A stretch of 64,000 bases of DNA from Candidatus Woesearchaeota archaeon (GCA_964596705.1 CAZQVG010000001.1:14969-78968); one strand, 5' to 3'. Positions 19,809-30,489 are shown, counted from the stretch's first letter. Made by a program: numbers and translations. Notes: a model not told the origin generated them from the sequence alone.

Positions 19809-20126
19809 ATGTTCGAAGTAGGAAGACTTGTTATAAAACTTGCAGGGCGTGATGCAGGACAAACAGGGATAGTTGTTAAGAAAATAGATGAAAATAATGT
19901 TTTGATAGATGGAAATGTAAGAAGAAGAAAATGCAACATAAAACACTTGCAACCATTAAAAGACGTTCTTAAAATAAAAGAAAATGCTTCTACTGCAGAA
20001 GTTCATAAAATAATGTCTGCTGCAGGAATAAAGATTATAGAAAAAAAGAAAGTAAAGAGATCAGAGAAGAAGAAAGTTGAAGAGACAAAAACAACAAAGA
20101 AAAAGAAGGCTTCTACTAAAAAATGA
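19809..20126 (+). CDS. rpl14e: 50S ribosomal protein L14e
   Basis: EVGR..IKLAGRDAG...VRRRKCNIKHL; Lys-rich tail. Confidence 0.95.
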   Translation: MFEVGRLVIKLAGRDAGQTGIVVKKIDENNVLIDGNVRRRKCNIKHLQPLKDVLKIKENASTAEVHKIMSAAGIKIIEKKKVKRSEKKKVEETKTTKKKKASTKK

Positions 20127-20497
20127 ATAATCAAGAAGAAGCTCAAAAATTTATAGCACAACAACTTTTGGGACAACAATTACAACAGTTAGAGCAACAA
20201 ATTGCTACAATAGAAATGCAGATGAAAGATTTAAACGTTCTAAAAGAAAGTTTGAATGAACTAAGCAATTTAGATGATTGCAAGATTCATACTCCTTTAG
20301 GAGCAGGTGTATTTTTAGAGTCCCATTTATCTAAACCTGAAACTGTACTCTTGAATGTTGGTGCAGGGGTTATTGTAAAGAAAGATACTCCGACAGCCAT
20401 AAAAATAATTGGAAAGCAAATAGAAGAACTTGAAAGCATAAAGAAGCAAATGGAAAACAGTTTTAATGAATTATCAAAAAATCTCGAGTCTTTATAG
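20123..20497 (+). CDS. pfdA: Prefoldin subunit alpha
   Basis: Coiled coils flanking PLGAGVF and VLLNVGAGV hairpins. Confidence 0.9.
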   Translation: MNNQEEAQKFIAQQLLGQQLQQLEQQIATIEMQMKDLNVLKESLNELSNLDDCKIHTPLGAGVFLESHLSKPETVLLNVGAGVIVKKDTPTAIKIIGKQIEELESIKKQMENSFNELSKNLESL

Positions 20498-20539
20498 GGA
20501 ATCTAAATTTATTTAAAGAAAGATTAATTATTCTTTTCT

Positions 20540-21781
20540 ATGGATCCTCAAGCTTATTATTCGAATTCAGAGATAAAAAAAGAACTTGTTTTTAATGCCC
20601 AAAATAGAGAAGTTGCAGTAAGATTTGGAAACGGTGGTTTTGGGAAACGACCAGACATTTTGCAATTTGATAATGAGGTCACAGATTTTGTTAAGAAGGG
20701 AGCAACATCTTTTCATATTTCTGAGGAACACTGGAGAAATCCATTGGACTTAAAGCCAGGAATGACAAAAAGAGAACTGGATAACCTGAGGACAGGATGG
20801 GATTTAGTCCTAGATATAGATTCTCCTGATTTAGAAGATTCAAAGATTATAACCCATTATTTAATTGAAGCTATAAGGTTTCATGATGTTAAAAATATTT
20901 CAGTTAAATTCTCTGGGAATAAAGGATTTCATATAGCCATTCCATTTAAGGCATTTCCTGCGAGAGTAAATGATGTAGAAACAGTAAAATTATTTCCCGA
21001 GGGTCCAAAAGTAATTGCACAATATCTTGTAAATATGATAGAACCTGTATTAGTTGAAAAATATGGGGAGCAGATGAGGGAAAAACTAAAAGTAGACACC
21101 GTCTTGATATCGAATAGACACATGTTTAGAGCGCCATATAGTTTGCATGAGAAATCCGGGTTAGTTAGTTTGCCAATAAAAGCTGAAGAGGTTTTAAGCT
21201 TTAATAAGGAGTCGGCTAAACCAGAAAAGGTTAAGGCCAGACTAAGGTTTATGGACGATTCTGATGTTCAGCAGGGAGAAGCTTCATCTTTAATAACTCA
21301 AGCATTTGATTGGAATGCCAGAAATTCTTCAAAGATAGAAGATTATTACGAGGACATTCCAAACTTAAAACCTCAAGAATTTGAGGAGATTAGTGAAGCA
21401 ATTCCTGAAGAGTATTTTCCGCCATGCATCAAAATGGGTTTAGCAGGAATAGAAGATGGCAGAAAAAGATTTTTGTTCATCCTTATAAATTTCTTAAGGT
21501 CTGTGGGGTGGAATATGAAAGAGATTGAAGAAAGGGTTTGGAAGTGGAATAATAGTCTGGAAAACCCCCTAAAAGAAGGATATGTAATGTCTCAGCTAAA
21601 TTGGCATAAGGCAAATAAGAAGAAAGTTCTGCCACCAAACTATGCAAATAAGGCATATTATGCAGATATTGGGATTCTGCCGCCTGAGAATATAACCTCT
21701 AAATTCAAAAATCCTGTAACCTATACTATTCGTATGTTTAGGGCTAAAAATAAGCGAAAAAATAAGAAAAAATCAAGTTAA
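20540..21781 (+). CDS. Single-chain DNA primase (PriS catalytic domain fused to PriL C-terminal domain)
   Basis: WDLVLDID, KFSGNKGFH and RAPYSLHEKS (AEP motifs), followed by FPPCIK...DGRKR...KNPV (PriL-CTD-like). Confidence 0.9.
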   Translation: MDPQAYYSNSEIKKELVFNAQNREVAVRFGNGGFGKRPDILQFDNEVTDFVKKGATSFHISEEHWRNPLDLKPGMTKRELDNLRTGWDLVLDIDSPDLEDSKIITHYLIEAIRFHDVKNISVKFSGNKGFHIAIPFKAFPARVNDVETVKLFPEGPKVIAQYLVNMIEPVLVEKYGEQMREKLKVDTVLISNRHMFRAPYSLHEKSGLVSLPIKAEEVLSFNKESAKPEKVKARLRFMDDSDVQQGEASSLITQAFDWNARNSSKIEDYYEDIPNLKPQEFEEISEAIPEEYFPPCIKMGLAGIEDGRKRFLFILINFLRSVGWNMKEIEERVWKWNNSLENPLKEGYVMSQLNWHKANKKKVLPPNYANKAYYADIGILPPENITSKFKNPVTYTIRMFRAKNKRKNKKKSS

Positions 21782-21820
21782 CAAAACATTTATAAATAAC
21801 CTAAAAATATTAAGAGAACC

Positions 21821-22009
21821 ATGGGAAGAATAAAAACTACACTAATTAAAAGGACTGCACATAAATTATTCTATTCAGATCCATCTAAATTCAAGAAGGA
21901 TTTTGAAGAGAATAAAAAGATTGTTTCAGAATCTTTGATATTACGGTCGAAAAAATTTAGAAACATTATAGCAGGGTATGTTACTAGACTTGCTAAAAAA
22001 CAGTTATAG
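21821..22009 (+). CDS. rps17e: 30S ribosomal protein S17e
   Basis: MGRIKT...DFEENK...SKKFRN.IAGYVT. Confidence 0.96.
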   Translation: MGRIKTTLIKRTAHKLFYSDPSKFKKDFEENKKIVSESLILRSKKFRNIIAGYVTRLAKKQL

Positions 22010-22038
22010 TCCTTTAAAGGATACAGGAGGTAACTAAA

Positions 22039-22356
22039 ATGACTGAAGAAAACGCAGTACAAAATGAACAAAAAAAAGACGATGACTATATAGTGTTTGT
22101 TGGTGGAAAACCATTCATGAATTATGTAACTGGAGTAGTTATGCAGTTTACAACGCAAAATGCAACAGAAGTTGTGATAAAAGCGAGAGGGAAGTTTATT
22201 TCTAGGGCAGTGGACATTGCAGAAGTAGCAACAAAGAGATTTTTAGAGAATGCAGTAGAAGTTGCTGACATAAAGATCGATAGTGAAGAATTTGAAAACA
22301 AAGAGGGAAAACAAGTAAGAGTTTCCACAATGGAAATAACTTTAAGAAAGAAATAA
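22039..22356 (+). CDS. albA: DNA/RNA-binding protein Alba
   Basis: VFVG.KP.MNYV and IKARGKFISRAVD.AE motifs; strong SD AGGAGGT. Confidence 0.96.
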   Translation: MTEENAVQNEQKKDDDYIVFVGGKPFMNYVTGVVMQFTTQNATEVVIKARGKFISRAVDIAEVATKRFLENAVEVADIKIDSEEFENKEGKQVRVSTMEITLRKK

Positions 22357-22434
22357 ATTTTTAATTTTTCTTTATTATATTTTATAAAAACCTTTAAAAA
22401 CAATTAATTCTAGATTTTAATTAAAAGAGGTAAG

Positions 22435-24144
22435 ATGGATTTTATAGCTACACTTTCAGAATTATCGAGCAGTAGTTTATTGACAGAAATAGGAATAATA
22501 TTGATATTTGCTACCATACTCGCTTTTATTGTAAGAGCGTTTAGACAACCGCTAGTTCCAGCATATATTCTAGCAGGTTTAATTTTGGGGCCGCTTGGAT
22601 TGGGTGTAGTAAAAGATCCAGAATCAATCAGAGTCTTATCTGAATTTGGAATCGCGTTTTTATTATTTGCAGTTGGATTGGAAATAAACATTAAAAGATT
22701 GAAAGATATTGGCTTAACTGCTACCCTTGGTGGATTGCTGCAAGTTGTTTTTGTTTTCTTTGCAGGATTTTATATATCTACCAAGTTAGGATTTGCACAT
22801 TTTGAATCCATTGTTTTGGGGTTGGTTTTAGCATTTAGTTCTACAATGATTGTTGTGAAACTTTTATCTGATAGGGAACAGTTAGATACTTTGCATGGAA
22901 GAATTGTTTTAGGTATTTTGCTTATCCAAGACTTAATCATTATATTAGTATTATCTATTTTGTCATCCTCAGGAAATATTTCCTCCTCCTTAATATTTGC
23001 AGCATTGATTAGGGGTGCAATACTATTCTCAGCTGCTTTCTTGGCAAGTAAATATATTTTTCCAAATCTATTTGAATTTGCTGCGAGATCAAAAGAGTTA
23101 TTGTTTTTAACATCCTTAACTGTGTTATTTCTGTTCTCTATTTTAGCATATTTCTTATCTTTCTCAGTTGCAATCGGAGCATTTGTAAGCGGGTTGGCAT
23201 TAGCAAGTTTGCCTTATCACTATGATATTGTTGGAAACGTAAACCCATTAAAAGGATTTTTTGCTACAATATTCTTTACTTCATTAGGTATGCAATTAAC
23301 AACAATAGAACCAAATTATATGGTAAAGGCAATATGGTTGATTTTGGCAGTTATAATTATTAAACCGTTAATTGTTTATTTGATAATTACTTTATTTGGA
23401 TATGAGAAAAGAACTGCCTTTTTCTCTGGATTAAGTTTAGGCCAAACCAGCGAATTCTCATTGATATTAATTGTTATGCCATTTATAGTTAGCGCAATTT
23501 CTCAAGAGGTATTTTCATTAGTAATTTTGATCACAATAGTTACAATGATCCTCACTTCTTATTTATTAGAGTTCCAATATTCAATATACTTATTTTTCTC
23601 GCCAATTTTGAGGTTTGTAGAGAAAGTTTTCCCTGTAAAGAAAAGAATGGTATTAGAGTATACTCCAAGAAATGAAAAAATTGATGTGGTGTTAATCGGA
23701 AAACATAGGATGGGAAACATATTTTTTAAGATCTTAGCAAGTTTAAAGAAGAGAGTACTTGTTATAGACCATAATCCAGACATAATTAAGAGACTATTAG
23801 ACAACAAAATACCATGTATCTATGGCAACATGTCAAATCGAGAGGTATTAGATAAGATAAAGACAAAAAATTTAAAGATTATAATCTCTACAGTGCCCAA
23901 TGAAAGAGACAATATTTATTTGATAAGATATATAAAATCAAAGAATCCAAAAATAAATGTTATAGTTACTGCTAACCACATTCATCAAGCAAAACACCTT
24001 TATAATATCGGGGCAGACTATGTAATTCTACCACACATTCTAAGTGGAGAAAAAGTAGCAACTATGTTAAAAAAATCGGTAAGAGACAAATCTTATTTCC
24101 AAAGAAGTAAGAAAAAACATTTGAAAGATTTAAACGGAAGTTAG
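22435..24144 (+). CDS. Cation:proton antiporter (CPA2/Kef-type) with TrkA-N domain
   Basis: LFAVGLE, FSST.IVVKLL, QD and GQTSEFSL motifs; C-terminal YG..S...GADYVILP. Confidence 0.9.
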   Translation: MDFIATLSELSSSSLLTEIGIILIFATILAFIVRAFRQPLVPAYILAGLILGPLGLGVVKDPESIRVLSEFGIAFLLFAVGLEINIKRLKDIGLTATLGGLLQVVFVFFAGFYISTKLGFAHFESIVLGLVLAFSSTMIVVKLLSDREQLDTLHGRIVLGILLIQDLIIILVLSILSSSGNISSSLIFAALIRGAILFSAAFLASKYIFPNLFEFAARSKELLFLTSLTVLFLFSILAYFLSFSVAIGAFVSGLALASLPYHYDIVGNVNPLKGFFATIFFTSLGMQLTTIEPNYMVKAIWLILAVIIIKPLIVYLIITLFGYEKRTAFFSGLSLGQTSEFSLILIVMPFIVSAISQEVFSLVILITIVTMILTSYLLEFQYSIYLFFSPILRFVEKVFPVKKRMVLEYTPRNEKIDVVLIGKHRMGNIFFKILASLKKRVLVIDHNPDIIKRLLDNKIPCIYGNMSNREVLDKIKTKNLKIIISTVPNERDNIYLIRYIKSKNPKINVIVTANHIHQAKHLYNIGADYVILPHILSGEKVATMLKKSVRDKSYFQRSKKKHLKDLNGS

Positions 24145-24219
24145 TGGCGCCACCCGGATTTGAACCGGGGATCTTCTGCTCATGAAACAGACGCATTAAC
24201 CAGGCTATGCTATGGCGCC
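24145..24219 (-). tRNA. tRNA with CAU anticodon (elongator Met or Ile2); no intron, no encoded CCA
   Basis: Cloverleaf GGCGCCA-TA-GCAT(D loop)ATGC-G-TCTGT[TTCATGA]GCAGA-AGATC-CCCGG[TTCAAAT]CCGGG-TGGCGCC-A. Confidence 0.92.
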
Positions 24220-24265
24220 ATATTTGTTGAGACAATATATCTTATTTATAAATCTAACTATTGGA

Positions 24266-27200
24266 TTAATTTAATAATCCCCAGTACGGAATATCTGGAG
24301 TCAAGGGAGTATTTGATGGATCTATTTGTTGGAAGGTAATTTGTCCAGATTCAATAACTGGTTTATATATTCCCTGATTTAGCTGATAATTTGGGTATAA
24401 GTCTTTAAACAATTTATTTTCTTGTACTGAGAAGATGTTCCATCTTGAATCTGCCAATTTACGTCTAAAATGAATAATTCTTCTTCCGGTTAAATTTATA
24501 GTTTGATTTAATTTAGAATATACAAAATAAGTTTTTAAATAGTCTAAACTTAAAGAGTTGTTTTCCTCTGTTTTTATTGCATTCCAACCAGTTCCATTAT
24601 ATGAAAGAACTATAGAATCATTAAATAAATCTGTTGTTAATGAATCGTTTTTTATCCTTATTGTAATTATGTTCCATCCTTTTGTAAGATTGATTGTTTG
24701 TTCATAAGGAATTGGGGTATATTCGGTTTGGTTAAAACTATAATCTCCAGTGTTAAAGAGGTCGTGTTTTATGTAAGGCCAATCCCTTTTCCCTGAGTAG
24801 GGTGTATTGAGCTCCCAAACATGTAATCTATTGTCTGTTGTATACATTGCAGTTATTGTAGCAAATATTAGATCTGTTTTATTGTCCTGATCTATATCAT
24901 CTATTATGGGTGGATTGCGGGATATTGTAGCTCCAATATCATATGCCTCCCAAGATATTTTTTTAGGCCAACCAGATTTAAGATTTCCAGTCAAACCATC
25001 TAATGAGATCAATTTTACATAATCTCCTGTAAAGGAATAGGTCGAGAATCCGTGGTAATAATATCCTCCCATTATGTCTAAATTGTTATCCCCACCAATA
25101 TCTGCAACTGTTATTGGTGCAAGACTTACGTTGTAATATGCCCTATTCCAAGGTTTAAGAGATATCAAGTCAGAATCATATGCACCGATAAAATACCCGG
25201 TTGTATCATGGATAAGAACAAAAATAATTTTACTTTGGGTTTCTGGATCTGTTGCCAATGCTAATCTTCGATCATAGTAGTATTGGGAAGTAGTGTTGCT
25301 GGCTATTTCGCTTCCATTGTAAAATATTAGTTTTAAGTCTTTGCCGTTTGTTGCGATCAACTCATTAATACCATCTAAATTAACATCTCCAATTACTGTT
25401 TTTGGAGCATACATTTGAGTAGAAATAATATCTCCTGTAAGATTGCAAATATACACTAAGTTCTGACCAGAAAGTACTATCTCTTTTATTGAATCATTAT
25501 TTAAATCCCCCACAGAGATATCATAGATTGAATCGCTGAAATATTTGGGGAAATTTGATATATTAGATCCAGAACTATTTAAAACATACAAGTAAGCCCT
25601 ATTAGATTTATCATTCACATAGAAAATTAGTTCTAATGATCCATCATTATTTAGGTCGGATGCTATTGGATCTGAAATGGAGGTCGCACGATATGATTTA
25701 GGCCATCCTGGGAAATAAGAACCGTTTAAATAAAAAATAGACATATTATTTGCAGAGGTTGCAGTTATTATTTCCTCCACTCCATCAAAATCAAAATCTG
25801 CTACTATTGGAGTAGCTTCTTTAGATACATTTATTGGCCATCCTGGGAAATAAGAACCGTTTGAGTTAAAGATGTATATCTTTTTATCACTCTGGATTAC
25901 TATTTCTTTTTTTCCATCTTTGTCAAGATCTTCAGTTAGTATATTTCCATGAGATCTGCCTTCTAATCGTTGAGGCCACCCTAGCTTATATTGGGGATTT
26001 ATATTAATTGGAAATGTATCAACTGCTATTTGCCCGAAACTATCAAAAACTTTTATTTTTATTACATAGTCTGTATTTGGTGTTAGTATAGATGTGTTAA
26101 ATGAATAGATTAATCCGTTTGTTACCTTGTTTGTTATTTCCCCCACTAGATTAAAGGTTGATGGGTCTACACCTTCACCATAATAAATTTCTGCTTTATG
26201 AAAATTATCCCCCCCAGCAGTACCGTAAATTTTCAATAAATCTCCTTCAAATTTTGTTTTCATTGAATCTATGATGGCAATGGGGAAGGATCCTGTTATC
26301 GTTGTTTTATTTGTAATATATAGTGCTTTTGAAGCGTTGATAATCCCTGTTCCAACATATCTATTTATTGGGTTAGATTTATTAAATGGAGATGTAGCAT
26401 ATTGTAAAATAGAATAAACTTCATTAACAGATAGGTTTGGGTTTTTAGAGAGCATAAGTGCTGCAACTCCTGCGGTAATAGGTGAGGAAAAAGAAGTTCC
26501 TGAAGCCCACACATAATCGCTACTCAAGAGGTAGGAGTTTGTTGTATATGTTGCTGCAGGCGAAGCAAGATCTACCTTTGGTCCGGAATTTGATCCACCT
26601 TGACCTTCCGTGCAGTAATTATCTATTGAATTTCCATACCAAGCTCTTGCCGTAGAAGTAGATCCTGCCACACAGAATACCCTTTCACTATCGCAAAGAT
26701 TATTTGTCCTGCCTGGGTCGCACCTATAAAAGTTTCCTGCGCCGGTAAACAAAGCAACACCGGATTCATATGCATAATCTAGAACATCTTTTAAAGCCCC
26801 GTTATAATCTGACATCCAACTCATACTAATTAATCTTGCACCATTATCGACAGCATATTGTATTCCTTCTGGATATCCTGAACCATATCCTTTAAGAGCT
26901 ATGAATTTACAGTTCCAACATAATCCAGAAACACCTTTTGAATTATTGGTTTTTGCAGAGATCAGCCCAGTAGTAGCAGTTCCATGGGAGAAGGTTATGT
27001 AGGGAAGAGGAGCAGGATCATTATCGTTAGCTATAAAATCCCAACCAATTAAATCATCTATGTATCCGTTATTGTCGTCATCCACCCCATTTAGATCTCC
27101 TGGATCAAAGGTATATCTATTTAAAGTATCGTTCCAAACCAAAACATCCCCATCGCCATCTGCATCTTCACCAAGATTTCTCCAAACATTATCCACCAAG

Positions 27201-27790
27201 TCTTCATGGTACCACAATACATCTGTATCTGGAACTGCTACTTTGATATCTGGTGAACCTGTCTCAATGTCCCATGCACCTATTGCATTTATGCCTGGAT
27301 ATTCAAAGATATGCCATGCTGCACTTGGATCATTCGGGGTGCCGATTAGGCAAGTAGTTCCTGCTAAATTAGCATCTTCCACATAAGGAAGTGATTTAAT
27401 ATTTGACAATAATTCTGATAAATCTGTTCCTTCTGGAAATTCTAGTTTAATCCATCTATCTAAACCGTATTTTTTCTGAAGTAATTTTTTTGATTTATCT
27501 CCGGATATTTTAAATAGTTTTTTTGATGATAAAGGATTAACAAATTTGTCTTTTGGAACAATATCATTTACTAATTTTTTAATATCTTTTTGATTCGATA
27601 TTTTTGAAGAATCTTTTAGCTTGATGTATAAAATATTTGAAGAGTTATAACAACGAGTTGTAGAATTGTAATTTAAAGGTGAATAAGTGACTGGTTTATT
27701 GGATTGATTTGTTTCTTTAAGATAGTATTCACAAGATGAAATAAATAAGACAAATACGACAAGTGATAAAAATATGATCCCTCTTTTCAT
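24266..27790 (-). CDS. Secreted S8 (subtilisin-like) serine peptidase with FG-GAP/VCBS-like repeats
   Basis: Signal ending FISSC; triad AVPDTD / SHGT / GTSFSSP; oxyanion GAGN; repeated D.D.DG..EI and GWP motifs. Confidence 0.9.
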   Translation of the reverse strand: MKRGIIFLSLVVFVLFISSCEYYLKETNQSNKPVTYSPLNYNSTTRCYNSSNILYIKLKDSSKISNQKDIKKLVNDIVPKDKFVNPLSSKKLFKISGDKSKKLLQKKYGLDRWIKLEFPEGTDLSELLSNIKSLPYVEDANLAGTTCLIGTPNDPSAAWHIFEYPGINAIGAWDIETGSPDIKVAVPDTDVLWYHEDLVDNVWRNLGEDADGDGDVLVWNDTLNRYTFDPGDLNGVDDDNNGYIDDLIGWDFIANDNDPAPLPYITFSHGTATTGLISAKTNNSKGVSGLCWNCKFIALKGYGSGYPEGIQYAVDNGARLISMSWMSDYNGALKDVLDYAYESGVALFTGAGNFYRCDPGRTNNLCDSERVFCVAGSTSTARAWYGNSIDNYCTEGQGGSNSGPKVDLASPAATYTTNSYLLSSDYVWASGTSFSSPITAGVAALMLSKNPNLSVNEVYSILQYATSPFNKSNPINRYVGTGIINASKALYITNKTTITGSFPIAIIDSMKTKFEGDLLKIYGTAGGDNFHKAEIYYGEGVDPSTFNLVGEITNKVTNGLIYSFNTSILTPNTDYVIKIKVFDSFGQIAVDTFPININPQYKLGWPQRLEGRSHGNILTEDLDKDGKKEIVIQSDKKIYIFNSNGSYFPGWPINVSKEATPIVADFDFDGVEEIITATSANNMSIFYLNGSYFPGWPKSYRATSISDPIASDLNNDGSLELIFYVNDKSNRAYLYVLNSSGSNISNFPKYFSDSIYDISVGDLNNDSIKEIVLSGQNLVYICNLTGDIISTQMYAPKTVIGDVNLDGINELIATNGKDLKLIFYNGSEIASNTTSQYYYDRRLALATDPETQSKIIFVLIHDTTGYFIGAYDSDLISLKPWNRAYYNVSLAPITVADIGGDNNLDIMGGYYYHGFSTYSFTGDYVKLISLDGLTGNLKSGWPKKISWEAYDIGATISRNPPIIDDIDQDNKTDLIFATITAMYTTDNRLHVWELNTPYSGKRDWPYIKHDLFNTGDYSFNQTEYTPIPYEQTINLTKGWNIITIRIKNDSLTTDLFNDSIVLSYNGTGWNAIKTEENNSLSLDYLKTYFVYSKLNQTINLTGRRIIHFRRKLADSRWNIFSVQENKLFKDLYPNYQLNQGIYKPVIESGQITFQQIDPSNTPLTPDIPYWGLLN
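25701..25862. repeat. 27-bp exact direct repeat inside the S8 protease (NGSYFPGWP twice)
   Basis: GGCCATCCTGGGAAATAAGAACCGTTT at 25701-25727 and 25836-25862. Confidence 0.9.
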
Positions 27791-27829
27791 ATTAAAAAGA
27801 AAGACTAAATTAGTTTATAAATATTTAGT

Positions 27830-28912
27830 TTAAGGTAAGAATTTTTTAGGATCTCTTACTTTATCAGGGAGATATTTCTCTATAACGTAATTTAAACCAT
27901 GTGCTGCCAACGCTTGTTGTTCCACCCTTTGTCCCTTCTTTTGAAGCAATTCTAATGCCTTTTTCCACTCTTTATGTTCTTTAACAAATGGATCATTTTT
28001 TAGAACATCTTTTATTTTCTTTTTATCTACCTCTTTTAAAGGATGTGTTGGTAGATCATATTCATCTATGTCTTGAGGCGTAACTCCCAAAAATTTTGCT
28101 TGAGGAACACAAAAATATTTGTTTATATGTGCACTATTTCCAGAACCTACTTTAAGAGTTCTATAAATATTCATATATCCATAGGGGTCTCCATCTGTAA
28201 ATACATAAACTGGTATCTTTTTCTCATCTGCAAGTCTTCTTATAAATCTCCTGCATGCCCTTGTTGGAACCCCTCCCATTGAAATTAGTATACAGTTTGC
28301 TTTTTTCCAATAATTATGTTTTACTAGTCTTTGAAACATACCTGCAGTTTCTATTGCAAGGATGAATTTTGCATCAGTTTCAAATTTTAAATGTTCTACA
28401 GAGGAGGGGATAGAATATGCTCCAGAACCAAATTTTGTACAATCAATTCTTATTTCTTTCCCTGAAGACGGATCTTTATCTATAACAATTAGTTTTCCTG
28501 CAATATCGCCCCCTTTTTCTTCAGGGATGAACCCAAGTTGTTCTCTGTTTACCATAAACATAGCTTCAATATCATCCATGACTGCATCTGATTCAGGTTG
28601 TTCTTTGAATCTTGCATCTCCCCAATTTTTAGAAACATAATAAGCTTCCCTCTTTGTTGCCATATCATCGTTTTCAATTATTTGTTTAGAAAGAGCCATC
28701 ATCTTTAAAGTTTGAGCAAAAGATTTTATGGTGTTTACTGTTAATGCTCGTGTTTTTTTAGCACCTTTTAATTCAAAATATCCTTTTTTTGGATCATAAC
28801 TTACATTACTCAGAGATCTAATAGGAATTGTTACCTCAGGTTTCTTCCTCTTATTTATCCTATCTTGAACTTTTAATGCAGTTTCCTTAATTTTTTTTAC
28901 AACTTCGTTCAT
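27830..28912 (-). CDS. top6A: DNA topoisomerase VI subunit A
   Basis: TKREAYY (catalytic Tyr), AIET.GMF and FTDGDPYG Toprim motifs. Confidence 0.96.
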   Translation of the reverse strand: MNEVVKKIKETALKVQDRINKRKKPEVTIPIRSLSNVSYDPKKGYFELKGAKKTRALTVNTIKSFAQTLKMMALSKQIIENDDMATKREAYYVSKNWGDARFKEQPESDAVMDDIEAMFMVNREQLGFIPEEKGGDIAGKLIVIDKDPSSGKEIRIDCTKFGSGAYSIPSSVEHLKFETDAKFILAIETAGMFQRLVKHNYWKKANCILISMGGVPTRACRRFIRRLADEKKIPVYVFTDGDPYGYMNIYRTLKVGSGNSAHINKYFCVPQAKFLGVTPQDIDEYDLPTHPLKEVDKKKIKDVLKNDPFVKEHKEWKKALELLQKKGQRVEQQALAAHGLNYVIEKYLPDKVRDPKKFLP

Positions 28913-30489
28913 ACTGATCTTGCCCTCTCTAAATAATCTTTTAGATTGACAGTTATTATAGATTCGTCATCATCCTTTAAGTCAAGTATTTCTTTTAAAG
29001 CTTCTCCTATAATTGGAACATATTTCTCAAGATAAGAACGTTTTTTTGCCTCTTCTTTTGATTTTCTTTGTTTTTTGACATACTTTCCAAGTTGTCTACC
29101 GCATTCTTGGACAGCAAGTTTTATTTCTTTGATTATCTCTGGATAGTGTGCAATTGCTTCTTTTGATTCTGAAGTAAAAGGTACCCATACAGAAGCTATA
29201 TGAACAACAATAACAACTGGTCCAACCGGAATATTTTTTCCGGATTGTTGTAAACCATATTGTTTCCATTTTGTTTCGGTAATTGCTTTTGTTGATCCGC
29301 AAGCAGATTGTTGATATTGCAATGGAACACGATTTGCAAATCTAATTATTTCTGCAGCCTTATCTGCTTGTAAAGATCCTCCATATGCAATAGCAGCTTC
29401 TACTATAAACGGGTTCCCTCGATAAACTGCAGCAGGACGGGTTACTGCAGTATAAAATTCAGCATCAAATTCTTTTTCTAAGCTTTTTCTTAGTAAATCT
29501 TGTCCTATTGGTGAAAGACAGTCTGTTGGAGGAGCTACAAATTTTGTTTTCCTAATTGCTTGAAGCAAATTATCTGCTTCTTGTTTTGCAATCCTTGAAG
29601 GTCTTGCATTTGGATAAAGATTTGCCAACCCACAAATCTTCTTAGCTGTTCCTGCTCCAATTCTTGAAAAATCTGAGGTTAAGAAAGATTGTAAAGTTCT
29701 TGCTTTTGTAGATTTAAGCATATTTATTAATGTTCCAAGTTCTATCCCATCTGGATGAGGCTTTATTTCTTTTGGTTTAGCTGGGAGTATATTTGTTGCC
29801 CGTGGATACTCAGTTCTTGTACCGTCTGGTTCGATTAAAATTAATTTTGCATGAGGATTAGCAACAGCAGTATACTTCATATACTCTGAAACAGATCTTT
29901 TTCCTCTCTGATATTTTCCTTCCATTTCCATCTCAACTTTAGTTCCATGTTCCTTTTCCCATTCGATCTCAATCTCTTTTGTAATCTCTGGTTCATTCTT
30001 AAAAGTGTCAAGGTGTAATTCGTAATAATATGCAGGTTTATTTTTGGATATTTTAGAGGTTATCTTAATTGGTTTTCCTGTTGTTAGTTGAGAATATAAT
30101 GCTGCAGCAGAAATTCCAATTCCTTGTTGACCCCTTGTTTGTGAAAGTTTGTGAAATTTAGAACCATACAGAAGTTTCCCAAAGATTTTTGGAACTTGTT
30201 GTTTTACAATTCCGGGACCATTATCTTCAATTACTACTTTATAACGTTCTGGTGTTGTTTGAGTTATCTCTACTTTTATTTCGGGTAATATGTTTGATTC
30301 TTCGCAAGCATCTAATGAGTTATCAACTGCTTCTTTTATTGTAGTAGATAAAGCTTTTAATGGATTATCGAAACCCAAAAGATGTCGATTTTTTGTAAAA
30401 AATTCAGAGATAGATATCTCTCTTTGTTTTTTTGCTTGTTCTATTGCATGATTTATTTCTTTTGTGCTTTCAGCGAGTTTTGTTTGCAT
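28909..30489 (-). CDS. top6B: DNA topoisomerase VI subunit B
   Basis: GHKL motifs [16 protein letters not shown] and [24 protein letters not shown]. Confidence 0.97.
   Translation of the reverse strand: MQTKLAESTKEINHAIEQAKKQREISISEFFTKNRHLLGFDNPLKALSTTIKEAVDNSLDACEESNILPEIKVEITQTTPERYKVVIEDNGPGIVKQQVPKIFGKLLYGSKFHKLSQTRGQQGIGISAAALYSQLTTGKPIKITSKISKNKPAYYYELHLDTFKNEPEITKEIEIEWEKEHGTKVEMEMEGKYQRGKRSVSEYMKYTAVANPHAKLILIEPDGTRTEYPRATNILPAKPKEIKPHPDGIELGTLINMLKSTKARTLQSFLTSDFSRIGAGTAKKICGLANLYPNARPSRIAKQEADNLLQAIRKTKFVAPPTDCLSPIGQDLLRKSLEKEFDAEFYTAVTRPAAVYRGNPFIVEAAIAYGGSLQADKAAEIIRFANRVPLQYQQSACGSTKAITETKWKQYGLQQSGKNIPVGPVVIVVHIASVWVPFTSESKEAIAHYPEIIKEIKLAVQECGRQLGKYVKKQRKSKEEAKKRSYLEKYVPIIGEALKEILDLKDDDESIITVNLKDYLERARSV

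Noticed and set aside
24178..24188. UCA (Sec or opal suppressor) anticodon reading of the tRNA
   Set aside because: The 5-bp stem and 7-nt loop centre on CAU, and there is no long variable arm.
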